DNA of 63,788 nucleotides, counting the filler, from Octopus bimaculoides (lineage: Eukaryota), in NCBI RefSeq assembly GCF_001194135.2. It is 6 parts of 6 records of this genome, joined end to end, with 100 filler letters (N's around TTAATTAATTAA, not from the genome) between each part and the next. Parts side by side here need not be neighbours in the genome. Positions count along the whole stretch, not along the records: positions 1 to 31,088 come from NC_068996.1; positions 31,189 to 39,177 come from NC_068990.1; 4 more parts are not named here. One strand, 5' to 3'. Of this stretch, positions 24,040-37,130 are shown piece after piece; position 1 is the first letter of the stretch, and every line of letters begins with the position of its first letter. The notes beneath the pieces were generated by a model. It saw only the letters and a list, made by a program, of their open reading frames with translations. It ran no database searches and was not told where the DNA came from. Made by a program: the position numbers and the translations under genes.

Positions 24040-24440
24040 CATAGGCACAGGTGTGCCTGTGTGACAAAAGGTTTGCTTCCCAACAAAGCGGTCCGGAGTT
24101 CACTCTTACTGTGGGACATTGTAGGCAAGTGTCTTGTACTATAGCCTCGCGTCGATCCTGTGAGTGGATTTGGGAGATGGAAACTGAAAGAAGACCATTG
24201 TGTGTGTGTGTGTGTGTGTGTGTGTGAGCCTGTGTTTGTCTCCCACCACCACTTTACAACATCTATTGGTTAGTTTACGCTCTTGTAACTCAGCCGTTCA
24301 GCAAAAGAGACCGACACAGCAATTCCCAAGCTTTAAAAGGGAAAATAAGTATAGGTGTCGATGCGTTCGACTAAAATTCTTCAAGGTAGTGCCCCAGCAT
24401 GGCCAGAGTCTAATGAGAGAATCAGGTAAAAGAATAAAAG
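24040..24440 (+). mobile_element. Family-A SINE, near full length
   Basis: Degenerate head, ctatagcctcgc, (TG)n, core ataagtatagg..gttcgactaa, tail gtgccccagcatggcc. Confidence 0.85.
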
Positions 24441-24454
24441 GGAAAAGATGTTTG

Positions 24455-25395
24455 TATTTACAGAACCTCAGTGATGTTGCACATCTGCAGCAGGAGTTGG
24501 ACTCAATTTACAAATGGGCTGAGGATAATAATATGCAGTTTAATGCTGAAAAATTCCAAGCCCTGCACTACCAACGTTCAAAACTGAATATGAAACTTAC
24601 AGAGTACACTGGTCCGCAGGGAATTTCAATCCCAGAGCCTAAATCAGTGAGGGACCTGGGTATCGACAAGAGTGATGATACCTCTTTCCAAATGCATATT
24701 ACCAGGATGGTGACAAAGTGCAGACGACGGGTTGGATGGATTCTGAGAACATTCAAAACCAGAGATAAGGAGACTATGACGGTCCTCTGGAGGACATTCG
24801 TCCTCAGCCGCCTGGATTACTACTTATAGCTACGGTCACCCACCAGTCTGAAATTAACAGCGGACCTTGAAGCAATCCAGAGAAGATTCACAAAGAAAGT
24901 CGTCTCTTTGCAACTGCTCAGCTACTGGGAAAGGCTTGACACAGCTAAGACTCTATTCCCTGGAGAGAAGGTGGGAGGGGTATGCAGTAATATACATCTG
25001 GAAGATCCTGGAAGAAATTGTGCCAAATCTTGGCATTGAAAGCTACACCAATGCCAGAACGGGACGACACTGCATAGTGCCAAAGATCCCAGCAACGCCA
25101 TCGCGCTTCAGGACCAGTTACTGCAACAGCCTGGGTTTCAGGGGTCAACAGCTTTTTAATACATTCCCAAAGAGCCTGAGGAACCTGCACAAAGTAGATG
25201 TAAGGGTTTTTAAATCAAAGCTGGACCTCTTCCTGTCGAAAGTCCCAGATGAACCTACCTCACGGCAAGAGGGTAGCTACATCAAACTCCATTCTTTACC
25301 AAGTGCCACATATTGGAGGAGGCTCTCAGTAATAACAGTGTAGCAAAACGGTGGTGCATCAGGATGGCCGCAGCTCTGAGCTGAAACTACAGAAA
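24455..25395 (+). mobile_element. 5'-truncated CR1/L2-group LINE (ORF2 C-terminus + 3' UTR)
   Basis: LQQELDSIYKWAEDNNMQFNAEKF, VRDLGI, GWILRTFKTRD, LEAIQRRFTK, LYSLERR, FRGQQLFN, FKSKLDLFLSKVPDEP, with 3' end ggtggtgcatcaggatggccgcagctctgagctgaaac. Confidence 0.92.
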
Positions 25396-25559
25396 GAAAA
25401 TACACACCCACCTACATATATTTGGACGTATGTTGACATGAATCCGTATACTTGTTTGTGCATGCGCATATGAGATTATGTGAGTGTGTATGCATATATG
25501 TATGTACGTATGTATGTGTGTATATGTTCATGAGTATAAGTATATACATGCATGTATAT

Positions 25560-25621
<62 letters not shown>

Positions 25622-25739
25622 GTATATATATATATATATATATGTTTATAAATATATATATATATATTTGAATGTATGTATGTGTGTGTATGCATATACA
25701 TAGAGAGAGGGAAATAGATAGATAAATGGATAGAGAGAT

Positions 25740-25741
25740 AG

Positions 25742-25803
<62 letters not shown>

Positions 25804-25835
25804 GTAGATAGGTAGATAGGTAGATAGACAGATAG
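25740..25835. repeat. (GATA)n/(GGTA)n microsatellite
   Basis: Directly visible. Confidence 0.95.
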
Positions 25836-25988
25836 ATATGTGTGTGAGTTAGGGCGTGTGTATATATGTCATATATATGTCTCGACTGACAATCCTTGGA
25901 AAACTACAGCCTCGATCTGTGAATGAAAAGTGAAGCAAAGTAAAATATCTTTTACATACCACTTGACATCAAGCAATGCTAAAGTTTC

Positions 25989-26044
<56 letters not shown>

Positions 26045-28228
26045 NNNNNNNNNNTACATACAGGCACATATACATACAATTCTTACAAATAGTTACACAA
26101 GAACACACACACACACACACGTACATATATATATATACATATATATACATATACATACATACATATACACATGATGAAGAAAAGAGCATTCACCCACTCT
26201 CCTGTAGAAAATAAATAAATAAACCTGGCCAACCAACATAGACTATTCTAAGTCTTTTAAGTAGCTAGCATGTGATATTACTTAGGAAGCTGGCTACACT
26301 AGCACTTGAGTTAATTTGGTAGTTCTATGACACTACTACTGCTGTAACATGACCTCTATATAATTGATAAGTGTATATGTAAATTGCAAACAAACACTCA
26401 CATGAATGTGTACATCGTATGTATGTGAATATACGTGTATATGGATATATAATNNNNNNNNNNNNNNNNNNNNNNNNNNNNNNNNNNNNNNNNNNNNNNN
26501 NNNNNNNNNNNNNNNNNNNNNNNNNNNNNNNNNNNNNNNNNNNNNNNNNNNNNNNNATATATATATATATATGTATGTATGTATATATATATATGCACAC
26601 AGTGACACACTTTTATGTATATATTCATGTCTCTGCTTGCAGAATACATGCACTAAAAACATACATATGCATATATTTCTGCATACACCTATGTAGATAT
26701 ACGAGTATTTATACGCGTTTCCAGATGTGTGTATGTCTGTATGTATGTGTATATTTATCTATCTACCTATCTATATAGATATGGATATAGATAGATATAA
26801 TATTAAAATATATTGTATATTATATATATATTATATATAGTAGAGAATGATATAACAATCAACAAAAGTGCGCATACAAGCACAAACAAATTGCACGAGC
26901 AGATACAGACGTACATATACACGCACATATAAATATAAACACACGCATGTGAGTCCATAATCCAACAGTGTTACGCAGATAATAACCATTCACACAAAGA
27001 TAAACTTAAAAATATGACCCCGATTATACATACACACATACATACATACATACATACATACATACACACATACATACATACAAACATAAATACATGCATG
27101 CATACATGCATACATACATACATACGCACACACATACATACACACACATACATACATACACACATACATACATACATAAATACATACATACATACATATA
27201 TATACATATACATACATACATATACACATATATATATACATATATAGAGAGAGAATCAAATATATATAGATATGCACATATATATAAACATATATATAGA
27301 TATGTATATNNNNNNNNNNNNNNNNNNNNNNNNNNNNNNNNNNNNNNNNNNNNNNNNNNNNNNNNNNNNNNNNNNNNNNNNNNNNNNNNNNNNNNNNNNN
27401 NNNNNNNNNNNNNNNNNNNNNNNNNNNNNNNNNNNNNNNNNNNNNNNNNNNNNNNNNNNNNNNNNNNNNNNNNNNNNNNNNNNNNNNNNNNNNNNNNNNN
27501 NNNNNNNNNNNNNNNNNNNNNNNNNNNNNNNNNNNNNNNNNNNNNNNNNNNNNNNNNNNNNNNNNNNNNNNNNNNNNNNNNNNNNNNNNNNNNNNNNNNN
27601 NNNNNNNNNNNNNNNNNNNNNNNNNNNNNNNNNNNNNNNNNNNNNNNNNNNNNNNNNNNNNNNNNNNNNNNNNNNNNNNNNNNNNNNNNNNNNNNNNNNN
27701 NNNNNNNNNNNNNNNNNNNNNNNNNNNNNNNNNNNNNNNNNNNNNNNNNNNNNNNNNNNNNNNNNNNNNNNNNNNNNNNNNNNNNNNNNNNNNNNNNNNN
27801 NNNNNNNNNNNNNNNNNNNNNNNNNNNNNNNNNNNNNNNNNNNNNNNNNNNNNNNNNNNNNNNNNNNNNNNNNNNNNNNNNNNNNNNNNNNNNNNNNNNN
27901 NNNNNNNNNNNNNNNNNNNNNNNNNNNNNNNNNNNNNNNNNNNNNNNNNNNNNNNNNNNNNNNNNNNNNNNNNNNNNNNNNNNNNNNNNNNNNNNNNNNN
28001 NNNNNNNNNNNNNNNNNNNNNNNNNNNNNNNNNNNNNNNNNNNNNNNNNNNNNNNNNNNNNNNNNNNNNNNNNNNNNNNNNNNNNNNNNNNNNNNNNNNN
28101 NNNNNNNNNNNNNNNNNNNNNNNNNNNNNNNNNNNNNNNNNNNNNNNNNNNNNNNNNNNNNNNNNNNNNNNNNNNNNNNNNNNNNNNNNNNNNNNNNNNN
28201 NNNNNNNNNNNNNNNNNNNNNNNNNNNN

Positions 28229-28269
<41 letters not shown>

Positions 28270-28276
<7 letters not shown>

Positions 28277-28545
28277 GGTTTCCTTGAATGTCTCCACTGT
28301 CCTGTTTTCGTTCCCAACGTAGACCCACCATAAATCCAAAATTTTATTTGGGTTCTTATGGGAGCATCTGTGTTCGAAGAGTCATATTGTCGTTCAATGC
28401 CCGAAATGAAGAGTCGATGGACAGCCCACAACTGATGAAGGGTCGTTCTTTATGTTACTTGTCCTCTCTTCCATTTGTTTCTCTCGTTGCTAGCGTATTG
28501 AACTCATTTGTTTTCATATTTCATGTAGCTTGCTGTTGGTGACGT
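28270..28545 (+). mobile_element. Possible Penelope-type terminal repeat fragment
   Basis: Contains ctgatgaaggg and cccgaaa hammerhead-core-like halves. The assignment rests mainly on these motifs. Confidence 0.35.
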
Positions 28546-28584
28546 CTTGTACCCATATATGCATATATACATATATATATAGAC

Positions 28585-28962
28585 ACTTGCCGAAGGTGCC
28601 ACTGCGTGGCACACTTAGGCAAATGACTTCTGCTGTAGCCTCAAGCCGACCAAAGGCTTGTGAGTGGACTTGTTAGTCGGAAACTGAAAGAAGCTCGTCC
28701 TATATGTGTGTCTGTGCGTGTGTGTGTGTGTGTGTGTGTGCGTGTGTGTGTATGTGTGTGTGTGTGTGTTTGATCTCCACCATCACTTGACAACCGATGT
28801 TGGTGTGTTTACGTCCCCGTCACTTAGTGGTTCAGCATAAGACACCGATAGAGTAAGTACTAGGCTTCGAAAGAATAAGTCCTGGGGTTGATTTGCTCGA
28901 CTAAAGGTGGTGCCGCAGCATGACTGAAACCCAAAAAAAAGAAGAATAAAAGAATAAAAGAA
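28585..28962 (+). mobile_element. Family-A SINE
   Basis: cactgcgtggcac..gccgaccaaaggcttgtgagtgg..(TG)n..ctggggttgatttgctcgactaaaggtggtgccgcagcatgactgaaac. Confidence 0.88.
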
Positions 28963-29639
28963 TGTCCATCAANNNNNNNNNNNNNNNNNNNNNNNNNNNN
29001 NNNNNNNNNNNNNNNNNNNNNNNNNNNNNNNNNNNNNNNNNNNNNNNNNNNNNNNNNNNNNNNNNNNNNNNNNNNNNNNNNNNNNNNNNNNNNNNNNNNN
29101 NNNNNNNNNNNNNNNNNNNNNNNNNNNNNNNNNNNNNNNNNNNNNNNNNNNNNNNNNNNNNNNNNNNNNNNNNNNNNNNNNNNNNNNNNNNNNNNNNNNN
29201 NNNNNNNNNNNNNNNNNNNNNNNNNNNNNNNNNNNNNNNNNNNNTGTGTATATATATAAATATGTATATACATATATATTCAGACATATATAATGATAAT
29301 AATAATAATAATAATAACAACAACAACAACAACAATAACAACAATAATAATAATAATAATAATAATTATAAATGCGAATGTCAGTATGTCACACTTTTTC
29401 AACTTTGCTGCTAGAGGCCGTAGCCCAACATATCATACCATTTTGGAATCAGGCCGACTCCGAGAGTAAATTAAAAACATTCCGTAATCCTGAAATTTTG
29501 GATTCTCAAGTTTTCATTACTAAAATTGTTTTCGGTGATTTTTCTTACGTAATTGTTTTGCGACGAATGTTTTTGTACGATAACAATTTTTATAATTTGA
29601 AAATAAATTTTGGGAATAATCGAAATTAATTGCGAAATC

Positions 29640-30274
29640 CAGCCACTGTTTTCGGCGATCTTTTTACGTGAATTTTTGTGAGGAATATGATCATCATTGG
29701 GATATGACTCTGGAGGAAGAAATTGCAATAGATTCTCCAAAACAAGTCAGAGATCTGTTTGCAGTAACGATTGCCACCTGCAAAATTTCCAACTCTTTTA
29801 CTCTTTGGGAAAAATATAAGGAGGCTCTCAATGAGGATATTCTTCATGAAATAAGATTTGCTCATCCAGGATTGGAATTGAATCCTTAGATTGCAAATTT
29901 AACTCCCAGGGAAATTGAAGACAAAGTGATGAATTTGGCTCAAAGAGATCTCATCAATTTTGGTCTGTCAAAGGCAAACATAGAAACTGGACAAACCAAC
30001 AGAGAAATTTTGAGAGAAACAGGATACAACATGGAAGAACTGCGGCAATGTGTTCAAAACAATGAGCCCCTGTTGAACCAAGACTAACAACAAGTGTATG
30101 AGAAGGTTCTTGATGACATCAACAACAACAATGAAGGGATTTTCTTCTTGGATGTAACTGGAGGCACTGGTAAAAATTTTGTAACTAGCCTTCTTGTATC
30201 TACAAAGAAAAGTAGCTCTAGCAGTAGCATCATCGGGAATTGCTGCTACTCTCTTACCTGCAAGGCGTACAGCA
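29640..30274 (+). pseudogene. Helitron Rep/Pif1-helicase fragment
   Basis: DHHWDMTLEE..SPKQVRDLFAV..LWEKYKEALNEDI, Walker A FFLDVTGGTGKNF and SSGIAATLLPARRTAH. Confidence 0.9.
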
Positions 30275-30997
30275 CCATCAAACTTATGATAGATTTTCTG
30301 GCTGCCAACACAACTTTAATCTCTTCTCTGGTGAGACCAGCTTTGTTGTGAGTAGTAAGCCAAGGTGCTTTATTAAGCACTATTGGGTTGATGGAGGAAT
30401 AAAAGCTAGAGATATCGAACTGGATAAGTTTAGTGTTAACCTTATTAGCAATAAAAGTAAACCAATCAACGACTTGAAAAGAATTAGACCATAAACTAAG
30501 TTTTAATTTATTGACTAATGTAGGGATATATTTATCTAGGATGTTTTTACTAAGTATACCGATGTCTGAGTTGGAGGGACAGATAAGCCGTAAGTTTTGT
30601 TTGTGGTCCTCCACCCAATCCTAGGTTGAAACAATTTGAGGATGACCTGGGGTCCATCGTGAAGAATGCAAAATTTCACCGTTCATCCCTCGGGAACAAA
30701 CATCTTAGATATCTTCACAACATCTCCAAGGAAATTAATAACATGGATTACATCCTTGTTCAATCAGATAAAACGGGAAAACTTCTGTAAACTTACTTGG
30801 AGCTACTATCTGGAACTGCTTAAAAAAGAAATTCAAACAAACTATAGGATTACTGGTAAGAATACATTCAGGGAAGCTAACCTTGAGGCTAAAGAAATAA
30901 TGGAAATGTATGGGTTACAGATGAAGACAGGACCATTAGATCCTAAGCAACCACGGTTTATTTTAAAAGACCACAAACAAAACTTTTATAATGACCG
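30275..30997. mobile_element. Penelope-like RT fragment split into two divergently oriented halves
   Basis: Plus strand 30622-30997: FEDDLGSIVKN..QSDKT..NLEAKEI..FILKDHKQNFYND. Minus strand 30612-30275: EDHKQNLRLICPSNSDIGILSKNILD..WSNS..VVDWF..QFDISSFYSSI..ARKSII. Confidence 0.9.
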
Positions 30998-31088
30998 CTA
31001 AGTTACGGGGACGTAGAAACATCAACATCGGTTGACAAGCGATGGTGGGGACAAACACGCACACTGTTACATTTATACGCACACACGC

Positions 31089-31188
31089 NNNNNNNNNNNN
31101 NNNNNNNNNNNNNNNNNNNNNNNNNNNNNNNNTTAATTAATTAANNNNNNNNNNNNNNNNNNNNNNNNNNNNNNNNNNNNNNNNNNNN
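31089..31188. other. Artificial 100-bp scaffold spacer N44-TTAATTAATTAA-N44 (also 39178-39277, 54173-54272, 58792-58891, 62136-62235)
   Basis: Five identical constructs. The 12-mer is palindromic and encodes TAA in all six frames. Confidence 0.95.
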
Positions 31189-31234
<46 letters not shown>

Positions 31235-31514
31235 TGAAGATTCGTAAACATATCCAAGTTCACATGCATTTAACTCTACACACAAACGCGTATATATCTC
31301 TATGTAAGTGTGTATGTATGTATATATATTTATGTATATGTGTGGATAGTGTGTATGTATGTACGAATGTGTGTATTTGTGTATATGCATTTTTTTTTAA
31401 ATAGGTCTTTTATGTTAAGTCAATTAGCAAGTATACAGTGCGTGATAGCCGTCCAATACTATTCAACATAAAATTGTTTGCCATCTGAAATTACTGCACG
31501 ATATCGTATTTTAC

Positions 31515-31519
31515 ATCAC

Positions 31520-31566
<47 letters not shown>

Positions 31567-31710
31567 CCATCATCACCAACACCACCACCGTCACCATCAC
31601 CACCATCATCATCATCGTCACATCACCATCATCATCATCATCATCATCCCCTCCGCCGCCGCCGCCGCCGCCACCACCACCGCCACCACCACCACCACCA
31701 TTACGATCAC

Positions 31711-31745
<35 letters not shown>

Positions 31746-31915
31746 CCATCATCACCAACACCACCACCGTCACCATCACCACCATCATCATCATCGTCAC
31801 ATCACCATCATCATCATCATCGTCGTCGTCGTCGTCCTCGTCATCACCAGCTCCACCAACGCCGCCGCCCCCACCACCGTCACCATCGTCACCATCATCA
31901 ACATCATCATCATCA
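31515..31915. repeat. (CAT)n/(CAC)n/(CCG)n/(TCG)n low-complexity trinucleotide tract
   Basis: Directly visible. Confidence 0.95.
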
Positions 31916-32776
31916 TAGTTTTCTTATTATTTGTTTGTTTTCTGCTTTTTTTGTTTTAGTTTTTCTTATATCTCTCCATGTTGACTGTTTACAAAACTGC
32001 ATTTATTTTGGAAAGTACAGCACCAACAGCAACACCACGACCACCATCTCGACCACCACCAATAACAATAATAACAACAAGAACAACAACAATGACGGCA
32101 TTTTTTTTTAATGGCTCCTTTATTATCATCTTTGAGGAGATAATGAAAAAACGAAAAAAATGGAAAAATTAAATTGAAACCCAAAGTACTTAGATATTAG
32201 ACTTTTAACTTCAGCTCCAGAATTTTTCCAGTTTCTTATTTTTAAAAAAAGTTATTTAAATCATTTTACGGGGCGTGATTCAATCATGTTTCATGCCATC
32301 TTATTATAAATATATAATGTTTTACGATGATATACGCCAATGGATTGATAACATATTTTATGATATGGTATTATATGATACGACAATGGATAACACATAA
32401 CCGATCTGTTAGCTATTTTTCAACAAAGGGACTCCAGTCTTTAAAAAAAAAAGAATTAAAAAAAAATTAAACGTTTCAGGCTCTTTAAATTTTCGTGGCT
32501 TTCATATTTGCTTCAAAACATGCAACGAATTATATCTTTCAACAGGCTACATGCCTACTTAGAGAAAAATAAAACAGAAAAATATGGAAGATTACGAGAA
32601 TGTTCTCCAATGTATCACCCCATTTGGTTCTCTCTCAATATTTTGGTCTATCGCATCTCTCTTGCTCTCTCCCTCTCGTTCTCTCTCTCACAAATGCATA
32701 AAGTGCGCCAGGAAATGAAATAATTTGCTCACTAATGTGTGCGTACACACATATATACACACGCACGCATGTATAC

Positions 32777-32835
<59 letters not shown>

Positions 32836-33594
32836 ATAGATAGATAGATAAACGGACACCCGGGCAGCCAACCAGCCAGCCATATATATATATATATANN
32901 NNNNNNNNNNNNNNNNNNNNNNNNNNNNNNNNNNNNNNNNNNNNNNNNNNNNNNNNNNNNNNNNNNNNNNNNNNNNNNNNNNNNNNNNNNNNNNNNNNNN
33001 NNNNNNNNNNNNNNNNNNNNNNNNNNNNNNNNNNNNNNNNNNNNNNNNNNNNNNNNNNNNNNNNNNNNNNNNNNNNNNNNNNNNNNNNNNNNNNNNNNNN
33101 NNNNNNNNNNNNNNNNNNNNNNNNNNNNNNNNNNNNNNNNNNNNNNNNNNNNNNNNNNNNNNNNNNNNNNNNNNNNNNNNNNNNNNNNNNNNNNNNNNNN
33201 NNNNNNNNNNNNNNNNNNNNNNNNNNNNNNNNNNNNNNNNNNNNNNNNNNNNNNNNNNNNNNNNNNNNNNNNNNNNNNNNNNNNNNNNNNNNNNNNNNNN
33301 NNNNNNNNNNNNNNNNNNNNNNNGTGTGTATGTGTGTGTGCGTGTGTGCATACATAATGAGATGCAACTACGCCAATACGTAAGAATGAATGGAAAAATT
33401 ATAAAATGACTATGTATGATTGAAAAAAAAAATAGATATGAGCATGTTAGAAATTTCCTTTTTCGTGGTGTAGATTTCTATCCCGCAGCGCACAAACTTG
33501 GCTAAGGGTCGTATATGATACCTTGTAATAAACAAATAAACGGCTGCGAGTATATATGACAGACAGAAGGTGTGCGTTGTATATATATATATAT

Positions 33595-33830
33595 ACTAGA
33601 TGGTGTAACCCTGTAATTCCTGGGGGTAAAGATGTTCTATTGAAACGCCTTATTACTCTGATATAAGAAAGCAATTTCGTTATAACTGCCACAAAAGGTG
33701 TATTTTCCGTCACGAAAACGTACAAAAAACTGTCAGTTGGAGGTTGGCAAGAGCGGTATTTGGAGGTTGGCGAGGAAGATTGTCGGGGGTTGGTGAGAGA
33801 GGTTATATAAATATATGAATAAAGTGTTTG
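33595..33830 (-). mobile_element. Possible Helitron 3' end
   Basis: Minus strand ends ccc-aggaattaca-ggg..ccatCTAG|t at 33596, with short subterminal direct repeats (ttggaggttggc x2). Confidence 0.35.
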
Positions 33831-35110
33831 AAGAAAGTGCAATCATAACGTTCACACTCACTGATGGTCGCTCTCAGTAACTGCTTTTAGCTTATGGAGA
33901 TCTTGATTTTAAAACTACCGAAAAGCAACCAGAAGGAGATACATATTTTTGAGAACAAATGATCTCGTTGGAGGCCTGTTACCTTCATTCCAGCCAGTGT
34001 TGGACAAGAAGAGCTTAGAAGGTTCAAGTGGCAAAAACATTATTCTGCTTAGCGAAGACATCTGGGAAATGTACAACTGCTGTCATTCACAGAAAAAACT
34101 ATTGTTTTACCGTGAGAAAAGCACTGTTGAAGTGTTAAGTGAAATAATGCAAAGGAGGATCGAATCCACACTATGCCTGCATGAAGCCACTACAAATACG
34201 TTGTGGAATAAAAAAATTATCTACTGTCATGGAAAAAGTGTAACTGTAAAAATGCAGAATTATCAGAGTAATAGGCATTCCAAAAAGTATGCATGTATAG
34301 AAATGTATGAATGAAGATTTTAAGGTTTAAGATACAAATTCAGGAATTGCAATAATATGTAGCAGTTTAAATCTGAGTAGTGAAATGCAGAATTAGGTCG
34401 GCTCATCGTGAGAATCAATATTGATCGTTTAGATGAAAACTGCGGGTGGTATGGATTATTTCCCTTGGGTTGTATAAATAAAATATTATTAATATGTAGT
34501 AGACAGAAGAATCTATAGGAGGACCACTATTATCGATTTTTTAAAAGAATCTCACTGTCACCAGGTTTCCAGACATGAGTTCTACTCACGTGTCAAGTTT
34601 CATAAAAATCAATAAAACGATTTAGGAGGAGTTAGCTAACAATGCCACAAACACACACCAATTTTCCACATATGTAGTATATATNNNNNNNNNNNNNNNN
34701 NNNNNNNNNNNNNNNNNNNNNNNNNNNNNNNNNNNNNNNNNNNNNNNNNNNNNNNNNNNNNNNNNNNNNNNNNNNNNNNNNNNNNNNNNNNNNNNNNNNN
34801 NNNNNNNNNNNNNNNNNNNNNNNNNNNNNNNNNNNNNNNNNNNNNNNNNNNNNNNNNNNNNNNNNNNNNNNNNNNNNNNNNNNNNNNNNNNNNNNNNNNN
34901 NNNNNNNNNNNNNNNNNNNNNNNNNNNNNNNNNNNNNNNNNNNNNNNNNNNNNNNNNNNNNNNNNNNNNNNNNNNNNNNNNNNNNNNNNNNNNNNNNNNN
35001 NNNNNNNNNNNNNNNNNNNNNNNNNNNNNNNNNNNNNNNNNNNNNNNNNNNNNNNNNNNNNNNNNNNNNNNNNNNNNNNNNNNNNNNNNNNNNNNNNNNN
35101 NNNNNNNNNN

Positions 35111-35142
<32 letters not shown>

Positions 35143-35627
35143 GAAATATTCAAACACTGAGAGTTGAAGTTAGATGTCACTACTGTTCATATCATCTGTG
35201 GATAAATTCAAAATTTGATGATATCGCCAGTAGTAGCATTGGTGGAACGCAGTTATGATAGCTTTAAGGAGCCATGAAATATCGTAATGATGCTTAATGA
35301 GCATCTAGCTGCTACAAATAAGAGCCAAGTCTTAAATAATCCACCGTAGCGCACCAATATAACAGAGAAAAACAGTATGCGAGGAAAACAGATTATGTAT
35401 GTATGTATGTATATGGATGAATCAAAACAGTTTGATTCAAACTCCTAGTTATTCTGAGTTTCAAACGTGTGATTGTCTTCAGCCATTGGTTTTAGACTCC
35501 AATGCCCGATGACTAGCGATACTCTTGAAATTCAGAGTACCAAGGAGTTTATATCAAAATTTTTGATCCGTACATGTAACTCCCAATAAGTGTATTGTGT
35601 GCCCTTTTTTCGTTTATTTACTCAGTC

Positions 35628-35671
<44 letters not shown>

Positions 35672-36138
35672 ATTTTCCTCCTTCTTCCTTGATCATCGTT
35701 TTTTCATTTTATTTCTTTCTTCCTCTCTCTTTCTTTTCTCTTTCTCCTATTTCATTCTTTCTTTCTTTCATCGTTCTTTCTTTTCTCTTCCATCATTCCT
35801 TCTTTCTTTCTTTTCTCTTCCATCATTCCTTGTTTCTTTCTTTCTTCCTTCCTTTCTTTCCTCATTCTCCTCCTGTCTGTTTCTCCGATCGTATGGCGTT
35901 CAGCAAATTTCCCTCTTTCCGGACTGATATCACTCAAACGCCAACTACAAATCATTAAATTCTCACAACAGCTACGTTTGTCCTTTTTGTATTATCTCTC
36001 CATTGGAACAGCAAGGCAAAAGGCCGATCGACAGTGATTTTCATTTGGAAATTTGATAGACAATAACTTCATCGCCAACACCACCAACTACGTCGTACAT
36101 GCAGATACGTCACGCATACACGCACGCACACACTCACA

Positions 36139-36202
<64 letters not shown>

Positions 36203-36408
36203 NNNNNNNNNNNNNNNNNNNNNNNNNNNNNNNNNNNNNNNNNNNNNNNNNNNNNNNNNNNNNNNNNNNNNNNNNNNNNNNNNNNNNNNNNNNNNNNNNN
36301 NNNNNNNNNNNNNNNNNNNNNNNNNNNNNNNNNNNNNNNNNNNNNNNNNNNNNNNNNNNNNNNNNNNNNNNNNNNNNNNNNNNNNNNNNNNNNNNNNNNN
36401 NNNNNNNN

Positions 36409-36479
<71 letters not shown>

Positions 36480-36879
36480 TTGTACATTTACATACATATA
36501 TATGTATATATCCATATTTACATCTACACATACGTATGTGTGTGTGTATATATATATACATGCAGTACATTTTGTATGTACATACATATATACATAAATA
36601 CATATATACATACATTCATACGTACATACACATATTCGCATATTCATTCAGATAAACAATCATATTAAACTTAGAACCCTATGCATCGCAGAAAAATACC
36701 GGATGTAAAAATAAGCGCCATTTCCTTTCCACTACAACTCAAATTACCTCTTCCTTTCCCTCTGTTGCCGCCATTACGATCGCCATATTTTACGGTATTT
36801 CCATAAACTGCGCTTCCTTCTTGTTCGACTAACTTCAAAGAAGACTTGTTATGACATCAATATTATACAATTGCTACAT

Positions 36880-36921
36880 ATATTATTATTATTATTATTA
36901 ATATTATTAATATTATTATTA

Positions 36922-36986
<65 letters not shown>

Positions 36987-37130
36987 TTTATTTTTATTGA
37001 TATTAGTTTTGTTGTTATTGTTTTTGATGTCGTAGTTGTTCATAACTGTAATTGTTCTGGTTTTTGTTCTTATTCATATCGATAATGTTATTATTACTAT
37101 TATTATAATAATATTATTATTATTATTATT
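36880..37130. repeat. (TTA)n microsatellite and degenerate extension
   Basis: Directly visible. Confidence 0.95.

Noticed and set aside
31133-31144. Recurrent TTAATTAATTAA as a biological motif
   Set aside because: Always centred in exactly 88 Ns, so it is an artificial spacer.
31478-31918. Poly-His/Thr/Ser ORFs (also 4255-4476, 17423-18170, 46292-46990, 57302-57952)
   Set aside because: Trinucleotide microsatellites open in several frames on both strands, with no splice or domain support.
33949-34314. 121-aa ORF (also 10904-11104, 44120-44380, 7230-7440)
   Set aside because: No recognisable motif or convincing splice context. They may be decayed transposon coding DNA, but I cannot assign them.
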